Shown here in pieces: positions 24,464 to 34,580 of a stretch of DNA of 64,000 bases. Source of the stretch: Vitrella brassicaformis CCMP3155 (taxonomy: Eukaryota; Protista; Chromerida); the NCBI GenBank assembly GCA_001179505.1, contig CDMY01000295.1, forward strand, positions 372,001 through 436,000, read 5' to 3'. The stretch's first letter is position 1; every line of letters starts with the position of its first letter. Made by a program: the position numbers and the translations under genes. A model generated the notes under the pieces. The model did not search any database, had not been told where the DNA came from, and saw only the letters and a program-made list of their open reading frames with translations.

Positions 24464-25318
24464 ATGGCCATTGACGAACGCCTTCCTCTCGCCGCCCAGT
24501 GGATCTCTGCTCTGCTCATCGGATCTTCCATCCTCGCAGCACTCGTTCTCCCCGCCGCCGACGCACAGAGATTGGACTACAAATTCAGACCTCTCGACCC
24601 CGTGAGCCATCCACAACCAGCCACGACACAAAGGAAGACGATTCATGGCGCGCACATGGTCGTGTGTGGTCAGGTCTTGTACAAGGCGACGATACTGGTT
24701 GACCCTTGCAAGGACCAGGTGCTTGCGGGCGGTCGAGGATTCAGCTGCTGCAAGAGCTCCGGCATCGCTGTCTGCCAGGACCACCCAGAGGCCGTCGTGG
24801 CGGAGGAGGACCTGCACATCGCATACTTCCAGAATGCGCACATCCCCGTGTGTTTGGGCGAGTTCGAGAGCGACCCCGACTGTGGCAGCTTCATCGAGAT
24901 CCACAAGTACGGCGACTACGCCATCGAGTCCTCGGTCGAGCTGCGCAACGAATGGCCCAACGGATTCGAATCCATATTCATACCAACCGAGAACCTCTGC
25001 GCAGGTACATAGGTCAGGAAGGTGGGCATGTGGGACGGATGCATCCTTGTGTGTGGACAGATAGATATGTGTCTGCTGTGTGTTGTGTTGTGTTGGATAC
25101 ATACAGGTAGCTACGAGTTGTGGTGGGTGGTGCGGACCCCGTCAGGGCCCTACGTGCAGTACACCAAGCCATTCTGGGTCGTCGACCCTTCGTGCGATGA
25201 CCCACGGCTGCCCCCACGGCCTCAAACACAAAGCACAGCCACAGCAGCAACACAACAGCAGCATCGGGCGGGCAGCTCGGAGGACGGTGGCGGCGAACAG
25301 CGAAAGCTGGCGCTTTGA
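24464..25318 (+). CDS. Secreted Cys-containing hypothetical protein (3 exons)
   Basis: Signal-like WISALLIGSSILAALVLPAADA. Exons join to give ...GFSCC...IPTENLCAG|SYELWWVVRTPSGPYVQYTKPFWVVDPSC. Confidence 0.7.
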
Positions 25319-25610
25319 ATCGCTGCTGCTGGTTTGATGTGGTGTCCGTGTGTGGCTGTCCGCGCGTGTGTATAGATCCAGCTGCATGATTGAGTGGCCG
25401 ACGTGAAGCGACACTTGTTACATATGAGATTTGTGTGCATTGTTTGTATCTTCAACCGATTTCCATCCATGATGATGTGTCCATCCATCCATCCATCCAT
25501 CCATCCACTCATGCAGAGACGAGCCACCACACATCCGTCGTCCATTCAGTCACTGACTGTACAGCCCACGAGAGACAGACAGATATGTGCACGTGGTAGT
25601 GGTCGGCTCA

Positions 25611-27180
25611 TCAGTCGGTGTTCTCGCTGTTGTCAACTGGGTTCATCACCTCCTGCACAGAACACACACATTCGCCGCTGTGCACACATCCGCATCCCTG
25701 CGCTGCCCATCGAGTGAGCTGACCTTGAAGTACTGCCTGAATTTCTTCTCTTTGTAGCCGTCGTTGACACCTCCGCATTGGACCGAGTACACGCGCACGC
25801 GATAGTTTTGCTCGAGCAAGAGGAACTTCCGCTCGAACTCCCTGCAGTCAACACACACACACACACACACAGACATCCATCCATCCATCGACCCGCCCGC
25901 CCGTCCACGAGTGACATACCCTCTCGTCATCTGTTTGATCTCCTCGTTGGTGAAAGGTTCGCGTGTGGCGTACACGTCCCCACCCCCGACGTCGCTTTTG
26001 ACCAGGTGCTGCTGGTCGCTGGGCCGCCCCGACCTGCAAAGAGCAATCAGGACGAGGAGTTTGCTGACTGAATGAAAGCGCCACATACCAGTACTCGATG
26101 AACGCCTCGTTTCCATCACTGACAAAGACCACAAGACAGCCACAACAGTTCGTCTGGTCTGTGTTCTTTGTGAGCATTGTCTCTCTGTCTCTCAGTCTCT
26201 TCTCTGTCTCTCTGTCTCTCTGTGGGGATGTGTGTCTGGTTACGGTGCTTGACGGTATCGTGTCTCTTGATGACAGTACTGTCGGCTCGGTCGCTGCTCG
26301 AGGGGCTGTTGCTGCGCCCTCCCGCCGACTCGCTCTCCCGACTCACATCCTGACCCCTGTACACATCAAAGCATAGCGAACATCAACATGAAGCGACGCA
26401 GATGTGCCCATCCCTCCGCTTGCGCCATCTCTCACCGTTTCTGTGTGTTGGCTTCGACCTGCATGGCACCGCTCGGCAGCGATGGGGCCGGCAAGTGCGA
26501 CGACGGCACAGGCACAGGCGCGAGGACCCCTCTCCCCTTTTCCTCCGCCGCCCTGTGACGATCCCTGCGAGCGGCTTCCTTGTCGTGGCCCTTCCCACCG
26601 CGGTGGCTACGGCGGCTGTCCTTCTTGCGTCGCTTGGCTGGTGAGGAGAGGGACGAGGGGGGTTCGTGTTGCTGCGATGGTTGGGCGGGCGGGAGACTGT
26701 GTGCCCGCTTCTTGTTTGGGGAGGGGTTACGGCTCTCAGAGAGTGAGGGGAAGTCATTCTCTGCCAGTTGCGCCTCCTCCCTCTCAGCGTCAGCGTCAGC
26801 CTCCCTCCAGGCCGACTGCCGCTGCAGCGACTGCTGCTGCTGCTGTGGCTGTGGGTCTGGCTGCTCATCCTCCTCCTCCTCCTGCTGCTGCTGCTGCTGC
26901 TGTTGATGGTCTCCTAGTAGATGGGATCGGAGACTGGGCAAACACCTGCTTGAAACAGACAGACAGACAGGCAGACAGCAGGACACCACAGTGAAGCGAC
27001 AGGCAGACAGACAGACAGACAGACAGACGGCATGAAGGATGTCGCTCACTGTGGTGATGGTGCTGCTGCTGCTGCTGGTGCTGCTGGTGTTGCTTGCTGC
27101 TCCGTGATGACACCTGACATCGACTCATCTTCTTCATTATCATCCCACAGCGACTCATTGTCTTCTTCCGCGCGACTCAT
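25611..27180 (-). CDS. Hypothetical protein: acidic/Gln-rich N-terminus and compact C-terminal domain
   Basis: Exons assemble in phase: MSRAEEDNE...SPQ|CLPSLRSHLLGDHQQ...MQ|GSGCE...QAP|DGNEAFIEYW|SGRPSD...MTRG|EFERKFLLLEQNYRVRVYSVQCGGVNDGYKEKKFRQYFK|EVMNPVDNSENTD*. Confidence 0.6.
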
Positions 27181-27725
27181 TCTCTCACTCACTGACTCAC
27201 TGACTGACTGGGTGACGATTCGCAGATGAATGTCTCTCTTGGATCGATGAACAGTCGTTGTGCGGCGGTGTGTACACGAGAGACCGACGCGCCTCTCCTG
27301 CAATCGCAAACACACACAAAGGAAGTATACACTGCTCGCACAACTCCCTCATGTTCGTCATCTGCTCCGCAGTAGCGGCCATATCTGGCAGCGCCCAGAA
27401 GCGCTGGTTGCCTCATTCGCCGACACGCGCCTCGGTCAGTCAGAAGGCCTCACATCGTCGCCCTCCAGCCCCGCTGCCGAGCTTGCTGTCCATCACCGAG
27501 ATGCTGTTCCTCAGTTTGTGGCTATCGGCTCCCTCTTCATCATATTGTCATGGTTGCAATCCTCCACTTGTTGCCCTCCCGCCCACCGGCGTAAATCATT
27601 GATGGAGAGGCAGACGAGTTGATGGGAGGTGAGAGAAGGTGAGAGGAGGTGAGAGGAGGCGAGAGAAGGTATGAAAGCGAGTAAGGTAGTGTTGAGGTCG
27701 AGGGGAAAGAAAGAGAGGAAGAGAT

Positions 27726-28991
27726 GTGCCGCATGCTGACGGATGTGTAAGCTTGCAGTCTCGCCCCCATCCGCCCCACAAAATGTCGACATCTCACCTT
27801 CGTTTCTCCCGTGCTCATGGCGCGACAACCACTTCTCGTCCGGTGTCTGCCGGCGAGAATGGCCGCGCCGGGCCTCTGTGTGCTCTTCTCTCTCGTGCTC
27901 ATGGCGCGAACACCACGTCTCGTCCGGTGGTTGCCGGCGAGAGTGGCCGCGCCGGGCCTCTGTCTGCTCTCTCCTCTGCCGTCGTGCCGGTTGGCACGAT
28001 GGCTTCTCGCTGCTCTTCTCTTTCTCCACCAGCACAGGGTGGGGCCGGGTTTCCGGCTCCATCCGTGCTGGTGGTTATTCCCAACGGCGCCAGGCTGGTC
28101 ACTCCCCACGGCGTCAGCCTGGTGCCGCTGCCCCCCTACCGCTCCGACAGGAGGGCGGCCGCCCGTGAGCGCAGCCCCCCACCCCAGCTGCCGCAACAAG
28201 CGCCCTCTGTGCTGGTCGTCACTTGCCACGGAGTCAGGCTCGTGACTCCACACGGCGTCACGCTGGGGAGGCTGCCCCCCCGCCATGCCGAGACGAGGGC
28301 GGCTCGTCGCCCGCCCAACCCTCCGCCCCAGCCGCAAGACCCCGCCTTCCTGCCCTTCGGGGACGGCCAGCGTCTCCAGCGCGTGCCGCCGCTGAGGGGG
28401 GATGAGGGATTCTTGGGAGACACGGCCAGCTCCCGCGCCAAGCGCCGACAGCGGGCTCCCCCCTCAAGCCCTCGCCCTCCCCGCCAAGCCCGCCGTCCTC
28501 CCCGTCCTCGCGCTGCAGAAGCAGCTGCCGTTGCTGCTGCCGCCACAGGAGAGGCATCGGCGGCCCAGCCGGCCTCAGCAGCACCAGCGCCATCAGCGCC
28601 ACCAGCCCCACCAGCGCGCGAGGAGCGGCAGGAGGCACCAACACCACCAACACCAACACCACCACGAGGCCCCCCCTCACACCCCTGCACCCCCGCCACG
28701 CCCATCGACCAGCCACCAGCTGCAGCAGTCGGGCAGCCGTCAGCGGAGCTCCTCAATGCCATGACCGAGGGCCTGGTAAGTAGCAATACACAATTGAGAG
28801 AGAGACAGCAGACTCAGAGAGTACTTGTGGGTGATGTGTGTCTTTTATGTGTGCAGCTGGCGGAGAGGGCGGCCAGGCGTGAGGCCCTTCTGCGGCGGCC
28901 GTTTCTCTTCACGGGGCCTCACGCCCCGGGCACGCCGCAGAGTGAGAGGGAGGAGGAGGACGGGCTGTGGGTCCGGACCCCAGGGAGATGA
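27726..28991 (+). CDS. Pro/Ala/Arg-rich ORF with internal repeats; probable N-terminal extension of the downstream kinase
   Basis: 421-aa ORF with an intron donor at ~28777, 84-bp and 144-bp internal tandem repeats, and a stop that overlaps the kinase-frame ATG (ATGA, 28988-28991). Confidence 0.5.
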   Translation: MPHADGCVSLQSRPHPPHKMSTSHLRFSRAHGATTTSRPVSAGENGRAGPLCALLSRAHGANTTSRPVVAGESGRAGPLSALSSAVVPVGTMASRCSSLSPPAQGGAGFPAPSVLVVIPNGARLVTPHGVSLVPLPPYRSDRRAAARERSPPPQLPQQAPSVLVVTCHGVRLVTPHGVTLGRLPPRHAETRAARRPPNPPPQPQDPAFLPFGDGQRLQRVPPLRGDEGFLGDTASSRAKRRQRAPPSSPRPPRQARRPPRPRAAEAAAVAAAATGEASAAQPASAAPAPSAPPAPPAREERQEAPTPPTPTPPRGPPSHPCTPATPIDQPPAAAVGQPSAELLNAMTEGLVSSNTQLRERQQTQRVLVGDVCLLCVQLAERAARREALLRRPFLFTGPHAPGTPQSEREEEDGLWVRTPGR

Positions 28992-30960
28992 GCGCGGTCG
29001 ACCGGCTTCTGCAGCTGGCCGACCGCCTAGATCTCAACTACAATCCCCGGCGCTCCACCATGGGCACGGGGCCCATATTTGTGGAGGAAATCCCTATTAG
29101 ACGTAAGACAGAGGCCACAGAATGACTTGCGAATGACTTGCCAGAAGACAACTGTGTACCCATCCTTTTCACTGCATCCTTTGTGTGTCTCTTTCTGCAG
29201 ACGTAGAGTGGGACGACCGGCTAGAGCTGGGGGAGGGAGCATTTGGCGTGGTAAGTGGATTGGCTCAGTCATCTGTGACATGCGATGGTCTACATTTGTC
29301 ATTTTGCCGCTGTCAGGTGGAGAGCGGTACACTGCGGAGGACACAGCGGGTGGCAATGAAATCGGTGTTTCTCTCAAGGCTAGATGGTGAGGTCTGAACG
29401 GCGAGGTGGATGGGAGGACTCATCATCATTGTGCGTGTCTCTCTTGTCTGCCTGCCTGCCTACCTGCAGACCCCCCTGAAGAGCCGGGAATCGACGAGAT
29501 AGTGAACTTTCAGAGAGAAGTAGAAACATACAGGTATCCACCAATGTAATCTCTCTCTACAGCAGCGACACATAAACTGTCTCTTTGTTTAATTGTGACA
29601 GTTACATGGACCACATCAATGTGTTGAAGATCATAGGAGTAGTTCAGCATCAGGGGAACCCCGAGGCGAGGGATGTGACTCTGCACGACCCCCGCACGTG
29701 CATTGTGGTGGATTTATTGACGGCCGTAAGGGGAATACAACATACGATACACACGTTGATGTTAATGACATGCATGCCGTGTCTCTGTATGTGTTCCTCT
29801 GACAGACACGCTCAGCACCCGCCTTCGACCGCCCCCTCCCCCGCTACCCCCAACGCCTCCCATCCCACCCCCTCCCCTGCCCCCGCCACCCCCAACGCCC
29901 CAACAACGGCTCAGTTGGGCCCAGCAGATGGTATGGCAATGCTTTTCTCTTCGTTCTGTTGTCGGATTGAGTGTGTGTCTCTTGATCTTTGTTTGATTTC
30001 TGCAGGCGCGGGGCATCCGCTACATCCATCTACGGGGATTTGTGCATCGTGACATCAAGCCTGACGTGAGCTATCACGCCATTTCAATGCACACGCGTTC
30101 GTGGACACCGTTGTGGCTCGTGTCCTGACTGTGTGTCGCTCAGAATGCGCTGATTCGGGAGGCGGACGGGCTGCTCAAGATAGCCGACTTCGGGATGGCA
30201 GAGCGGATTCAGGTATGTCAGGAATGAGAACCAGATACAACGTACACACAAACGTGCACCACAGCAGAGGACAATCCCGTGTGTCTCTCCATTCGTTGCC
30301 TTTGTTGGCGTGGTGTGTCTGTGTCTGTAGAATGGGAGGGTGAATCCCCCAGACCCATCGGGCGGCACCCTCAATTACATGGCACCGGAGATTTGGCGGC
30401 GGCGAATCCTCACCCCAAAAGTAGACATTTGGGCATTCGGTGAGCCCAGCGCTATTCACCTTGAAGATGGTCTATGAACGAGGCCGCTTGGTGCGCTTTT
30501 CTCGCTGCGTGCAGGCTGCTGCCTTATCAAGATATTCGGGGGGGGCATTCCTTGGGGGGAGTTTCTGAACTGGGAGGGCTGGGATAGGCATGGCGTCATC
30601 GATGCCGTAACCCTGCAGCGGCGCCACCCTTGGGTGCCCGCCGGCTGGCCACAGGTCGTCCGAAACATTGTGCTGGACGTAAGTGCACCACACGACACTC
30701 GAACACAGAGGAAAACAGTCAGTTGCAGACAGTGACCGATGCTCTGTCGGTGCGTGTACTTCTCTGGCTGCAGTGCCTGGAGTATCGGCCGCATCGTCGT
30801 CCCAGCGCCGCAGAGGTTCTGTATCGGTTGGAGCACCTGACGGTTGCCGATGTCCCCCGTAAGTAGCTCAGAGCCGCGTGGTCATTGGTATGTGCACGGC
30901 ACTATTGTGTCTCGTTGTCTGTCTGTCTGTCTGTCTGTCTGTGTCTTTCGTGCAGCCTGA
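28988..30960 (+). CDS. TKL-like Ser/Thr protein kinase
   Basis: Spliced motifs: LGEGAFGV, VAMKS, FQREV, HINVLKIIG, HRDIKPD|N, KIADFGMA, GGTLNYMAPE, KVDIWAFG, CLEYRPHRRPSAAEVL. Confidence 0.88.
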
Positions 30961-31439
30961 ACGAATCGGCATCTTCTGCAAATGAAGTCTCTTCTTTGTC
31001 GAGTAGACCGCTTTCGATTAGAGTAGTGTGGTGGGTGGGAATGGAGTTGTAGATGGATGGATTTCTGTAGCCGATGCACTTTGACATGCAGCCATGCCTC
31101 TGTCCTTTCTCAGCATCCATACGTCCATCAATGCATGTGCGCTGTTGATCTGCGGGAATGCTCGCTCCTGTTGCTGTGTATGTCTCATTCAGGTCGCTGC
31201 AGACGATATATTTAGTCCGCCATGCGACCTCGTGACGTGCTGTGCTGTGCTGTGCTGCGCTGTGCTCTGCTGTGGTGTGCTGGGCTGGGCTGGGCTGGGC
31301 TGGGCTGTGCCTTACTCGTCAGGTACGTGTAGCAATCGATTGGCGAGATTTAAGTGCGCAGGACACCAGTGAATGGGGGATGGATGGCATGGCTGACTGT
31401 ACTGGCAATGTGTACGTGCCTGCCTGCATTGATGTGCGT

Positions 31440-31900
31440 GGCGTGCGTCGTTTGGGCCCATGTGGCTGGGCTGCAGCCGGGCGCTATACTTAGTCTGTGC
31501 TGCAGCCATCACTCACTCATGCCCTTGATCTCAATGTCTCGTGTCTCTGCTCTCTTTGTTTCATGAGCCTGTGCATTGCCTGTCTCGTCCTTTGAGCCCG
31601 TGTGGGCCGGGCTGGGCTGCAGCCAAGCGCTATACTTAGTTTGCGCTGCAGCCCTCATGTTCATGCGCGTGATCTGAATTGCTCGTGTCTGGTGCCCGTC
31701 ACTCTCGATGTGTTTCGTTGTGTGCCTGCCACAGGCACAGTTCATTCAAGTAGCCAGTGCCTGGTGGTGGATGGTAGGTGCGTTCGTAGCCGACTGTGCA
31801 TGCATTGATGTGCGTGGTGTGGTGTGTGCTGTCGGAGCTCGTGTGGGCCGAGCTGGGTTAATTGCAGTCAGGCGCTATATTTAGTCTGCACTGCGACCCA
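31440..31900. repeat. Three dispersed copies of a ~45-bp motif GGCTGCAGCC-n2-GCGCTATACTTAGT-n4-GCTGCAGCC
   Basis: Cores start at 31481, 31627 and 31872 (third degenerate). The flanking tgcattgatgtgcgtgg is also repeated at ~31427 and 31801. Confidence 0.8.
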
Positions 31901-32594
31901 TACATGAATGCGATGGATGCATAGTCAACATTTGCAGATTTTGTGCCTCTGCCTAGAGCTCTTGCTCGTCTCTGACGTACACAACGTACAAAGACGCTGC
32001 CTTCAATTGAAATCGTACGAATGGCAGTCTGCATTATCCTTCGTCTCCGCTGGACAAAGCCGAGGCATCAACACGAATTGTGCGGCGGACAACACAGCAA
32101 GGGCCACAAAATATAAAATGTAGGCAACGATATTCCCGAGAGCGGCAGCGCTGATATGTCCCACATGCGTGTCAACTGTAACAGCCGCAGTGGAAAGGAA
32201 GCCGAGACACAAACAGACAGACAGACAAAAACAGCGCACAGCGATCCGTTCATACAACAATGGCCGAGCGCTTTGCAGCTGCTTACGGGGAAGATCGGCG
32301 CCGGTCAGCTGCTTGAAGCCATGGACCATTTCGCTGTCTTCTAAGCACTGCAGTCAAAGGAGCGCGACAAAGGAGCAATTAAGTCAAAGGAGCAAAGTTG
32401 TTTGCGCACGCACACACCCATCTGTCCGTCCGCCAACACAGCCGACGTCGTAGTGGTCGGCTCATCAGTCAGTCAGTCGGCTCCCAGTCAGTCTGTCTGT
32501 CTGTCTGTGTCAGAGGCCTAGGCCGAGGCGCTGCTCATCGCACATCCACGACAAAAAGACAGACATGTGCACGTATGTTGGGGGTCGTGTCTTT

Positions 32595-33333
32595 AGTCGG
32601 TCTTCTTGCTCTCAGCTGGGTTCATCACCTCCTGCACAGAACACACACATTATTCGCCGCTGTGCACACATCCGCATCCCTGCGCTGCCCATCGAGTGAG
32701 CTGACCTTGAAGTACTGCCTGAATTTCTTCTCTTTGTAGCCGTCGTTGACACCTCCGCATTGGACCGAGTACACGCGCACCCGATAGTGATGCTCCAGCA
32801 AGAGGAACTTCCGCTCGAACTCCCTGCAGTCAACGCACGCACACACACCCATCTGTGTGCGTGGCGTTGTGTGCGAGTGCGAGACGCCAGGCAAGGCGCC
32901 AATCGCTGTGGTGTCCCCTACTTGCGCTGTCTTGTTGCTGGCCGGGTGGCATGATGGGCTTACGCTTTGGTTTCTCCGGCAGTCGGTCAAGGGGCTCGTC
33001 GCGGCCGAAGGGGCGTGAAGGGAGATCGGAACCTGACACACACAACAGGCACACACACGGTCTCCTTCGTGCCCTCTTGGGTGCTTTCTTGTGGTGTGTG
33101 TGCGTGTTTGTGTGTGTGTGTTTGGTTGGGTGCCTGCTTTCTCTTCTGGCTTCGCAGCGCGAGTCGTGTATGTCTTGCATGTCTTCTCACGCCTGTCCTT
33201 GTCCAAACCAGCCACTGCACGCCACAAACAGGCAGAGCAAATCCATGACGGCGTAGAGTCCATTCGCTTTGCCCGTTGAAGGGGAATAGCCTCTTCAGTG
33301 GCGGGGCAATATCCTCCTCGCTGCACACGCGCA

Positions 33334-33383
<50 letters not shown>

Positions 33384-34240
33384 GACGAGCAGCGATGCGA
33401 TGGCTCCTCTGCGGCGGCGGCAGTGGCGTGGGGTCCGTGTCTTGACTCTCTGCAGCAGTCAAAATGCCATGTACATGCACACTTGTCGGCATCATCTCCA
33501 CCTCTGCATCGCCCCACCGGGCTGAATGTATGTCTTGAACATGAGGTCATTCTTGCGGTAGCCCCAATGATCGAAGTTTCGCTTGAGGAGCACGTCGAAG
33601 TTGTCGAGCTTCTGTGTCTTGACGATCCATAGCTTCCACAAGCGCTCAAGCTCCAGACATTTGTTCGACCTTCCCAGAGAAAGAAGTCCACGTGGTCCTG
33701 CTTTCGGTCCGGAAACAGGGCCATCCACCGTGTGTCGGCGCTTCCGGCCTACGCTGTGCCCCCTCGCCGGCCTCCGTCGTCAGCTGGGGTACAACCTCGA
33801 ACAGATCCTTCTCAACCTGCAGACCGATGTGGACACACACACAGGCGGGGAGACACAGATGTAGCGGATGCATACTCGCACCTCTGCTATCTTACCTGCT
33901 TCCATTCCGACTGCAGTTGTTCTTCCGTTTTTGCCCGGGCCAGGTGCTTCGCATCTGACAGTCCAGAGGCTCCAGGTGGACAGTGTTCGAGAGGCGGAGG
34001 CTTTCGCTGCCGGTGGGGCTCTCCAGCTGCTACTTGGTGGTCGACGATTGAGACTCACGAAGAGATTAGGGCGGCGAAGCACCACCTGGTCCACTGGGCG
34101 GCGTCAGGCTGGCGGCAGAGTCCGACGGCCGCGATGCGCGCGACGCGCGCGACGAGACGGCTGCTGCGGGGGCAACACTGGCTGCTGTGTCAAGGGGAAG
34201 GGCTGATTTGTTCGAGGACTGTCGCTGCCAGAGTCCCACG
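32595..34240 (-). pseudogene. Chimeric pseudogene: tandem-kinase-family linker and first exon plus the last two exons of the 25.6 kb gene
   Basis: GSDSP..., RASRPSDS, STTK*QLES, TEEQLQSEWKQ|gt and VEKDLFEVVPQLTTEAGE match the 4.7-9.8 kb unit. 32616-32832 matches 25637-25851. Kinase intron sequence lies at ~32870-32925 and ~33198-33260. Confidence 0.75.
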
Positions 34241-34580
34241 GCGGGGCGGGGACATGACGGACGTCTTTGAAGTCCCACACCATGTGATCAATGAGACGAG
34301 AGGAGGGGAGAGGGCAAACTTCCCAAGGCGAGCTGCAGGGCGGCCACCGAGTGCGGCCGACATCCAGCAGGAGTGGGAAAGGAACACAGGACAAAAGAAG
34401 AGCAGTAAAGAACGTGCCGTTGGAAGTTTTGTCCCGCCGTTTGTCTCGAGAATTTGATTTTCTCGCCACCATGTATGGTGACGTGGTTTAGGAAAGAGCA
34501 TCTCATCTGCACTGCCGTACACTTCATCCTCAATCCTGCCTCAGCCCCTCCCAACCTGCAGACACCGGGCATTTTGTGCG

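Noticed and set aside
31440-31900. CRISPR-like array
   Set aside because: Only three degenerate copies with irregular 146/245-bp spacing, in a eukaryotic context with no cas genes.
32003-32329. Possible membrane-protein exon (GNIVAYILYFVALAVLSAAQFVLMP)
   Set aside because: Hydrophobic and preceded by an acceptor-like tract, but no upstream exons could be assembled, so there is too little support.
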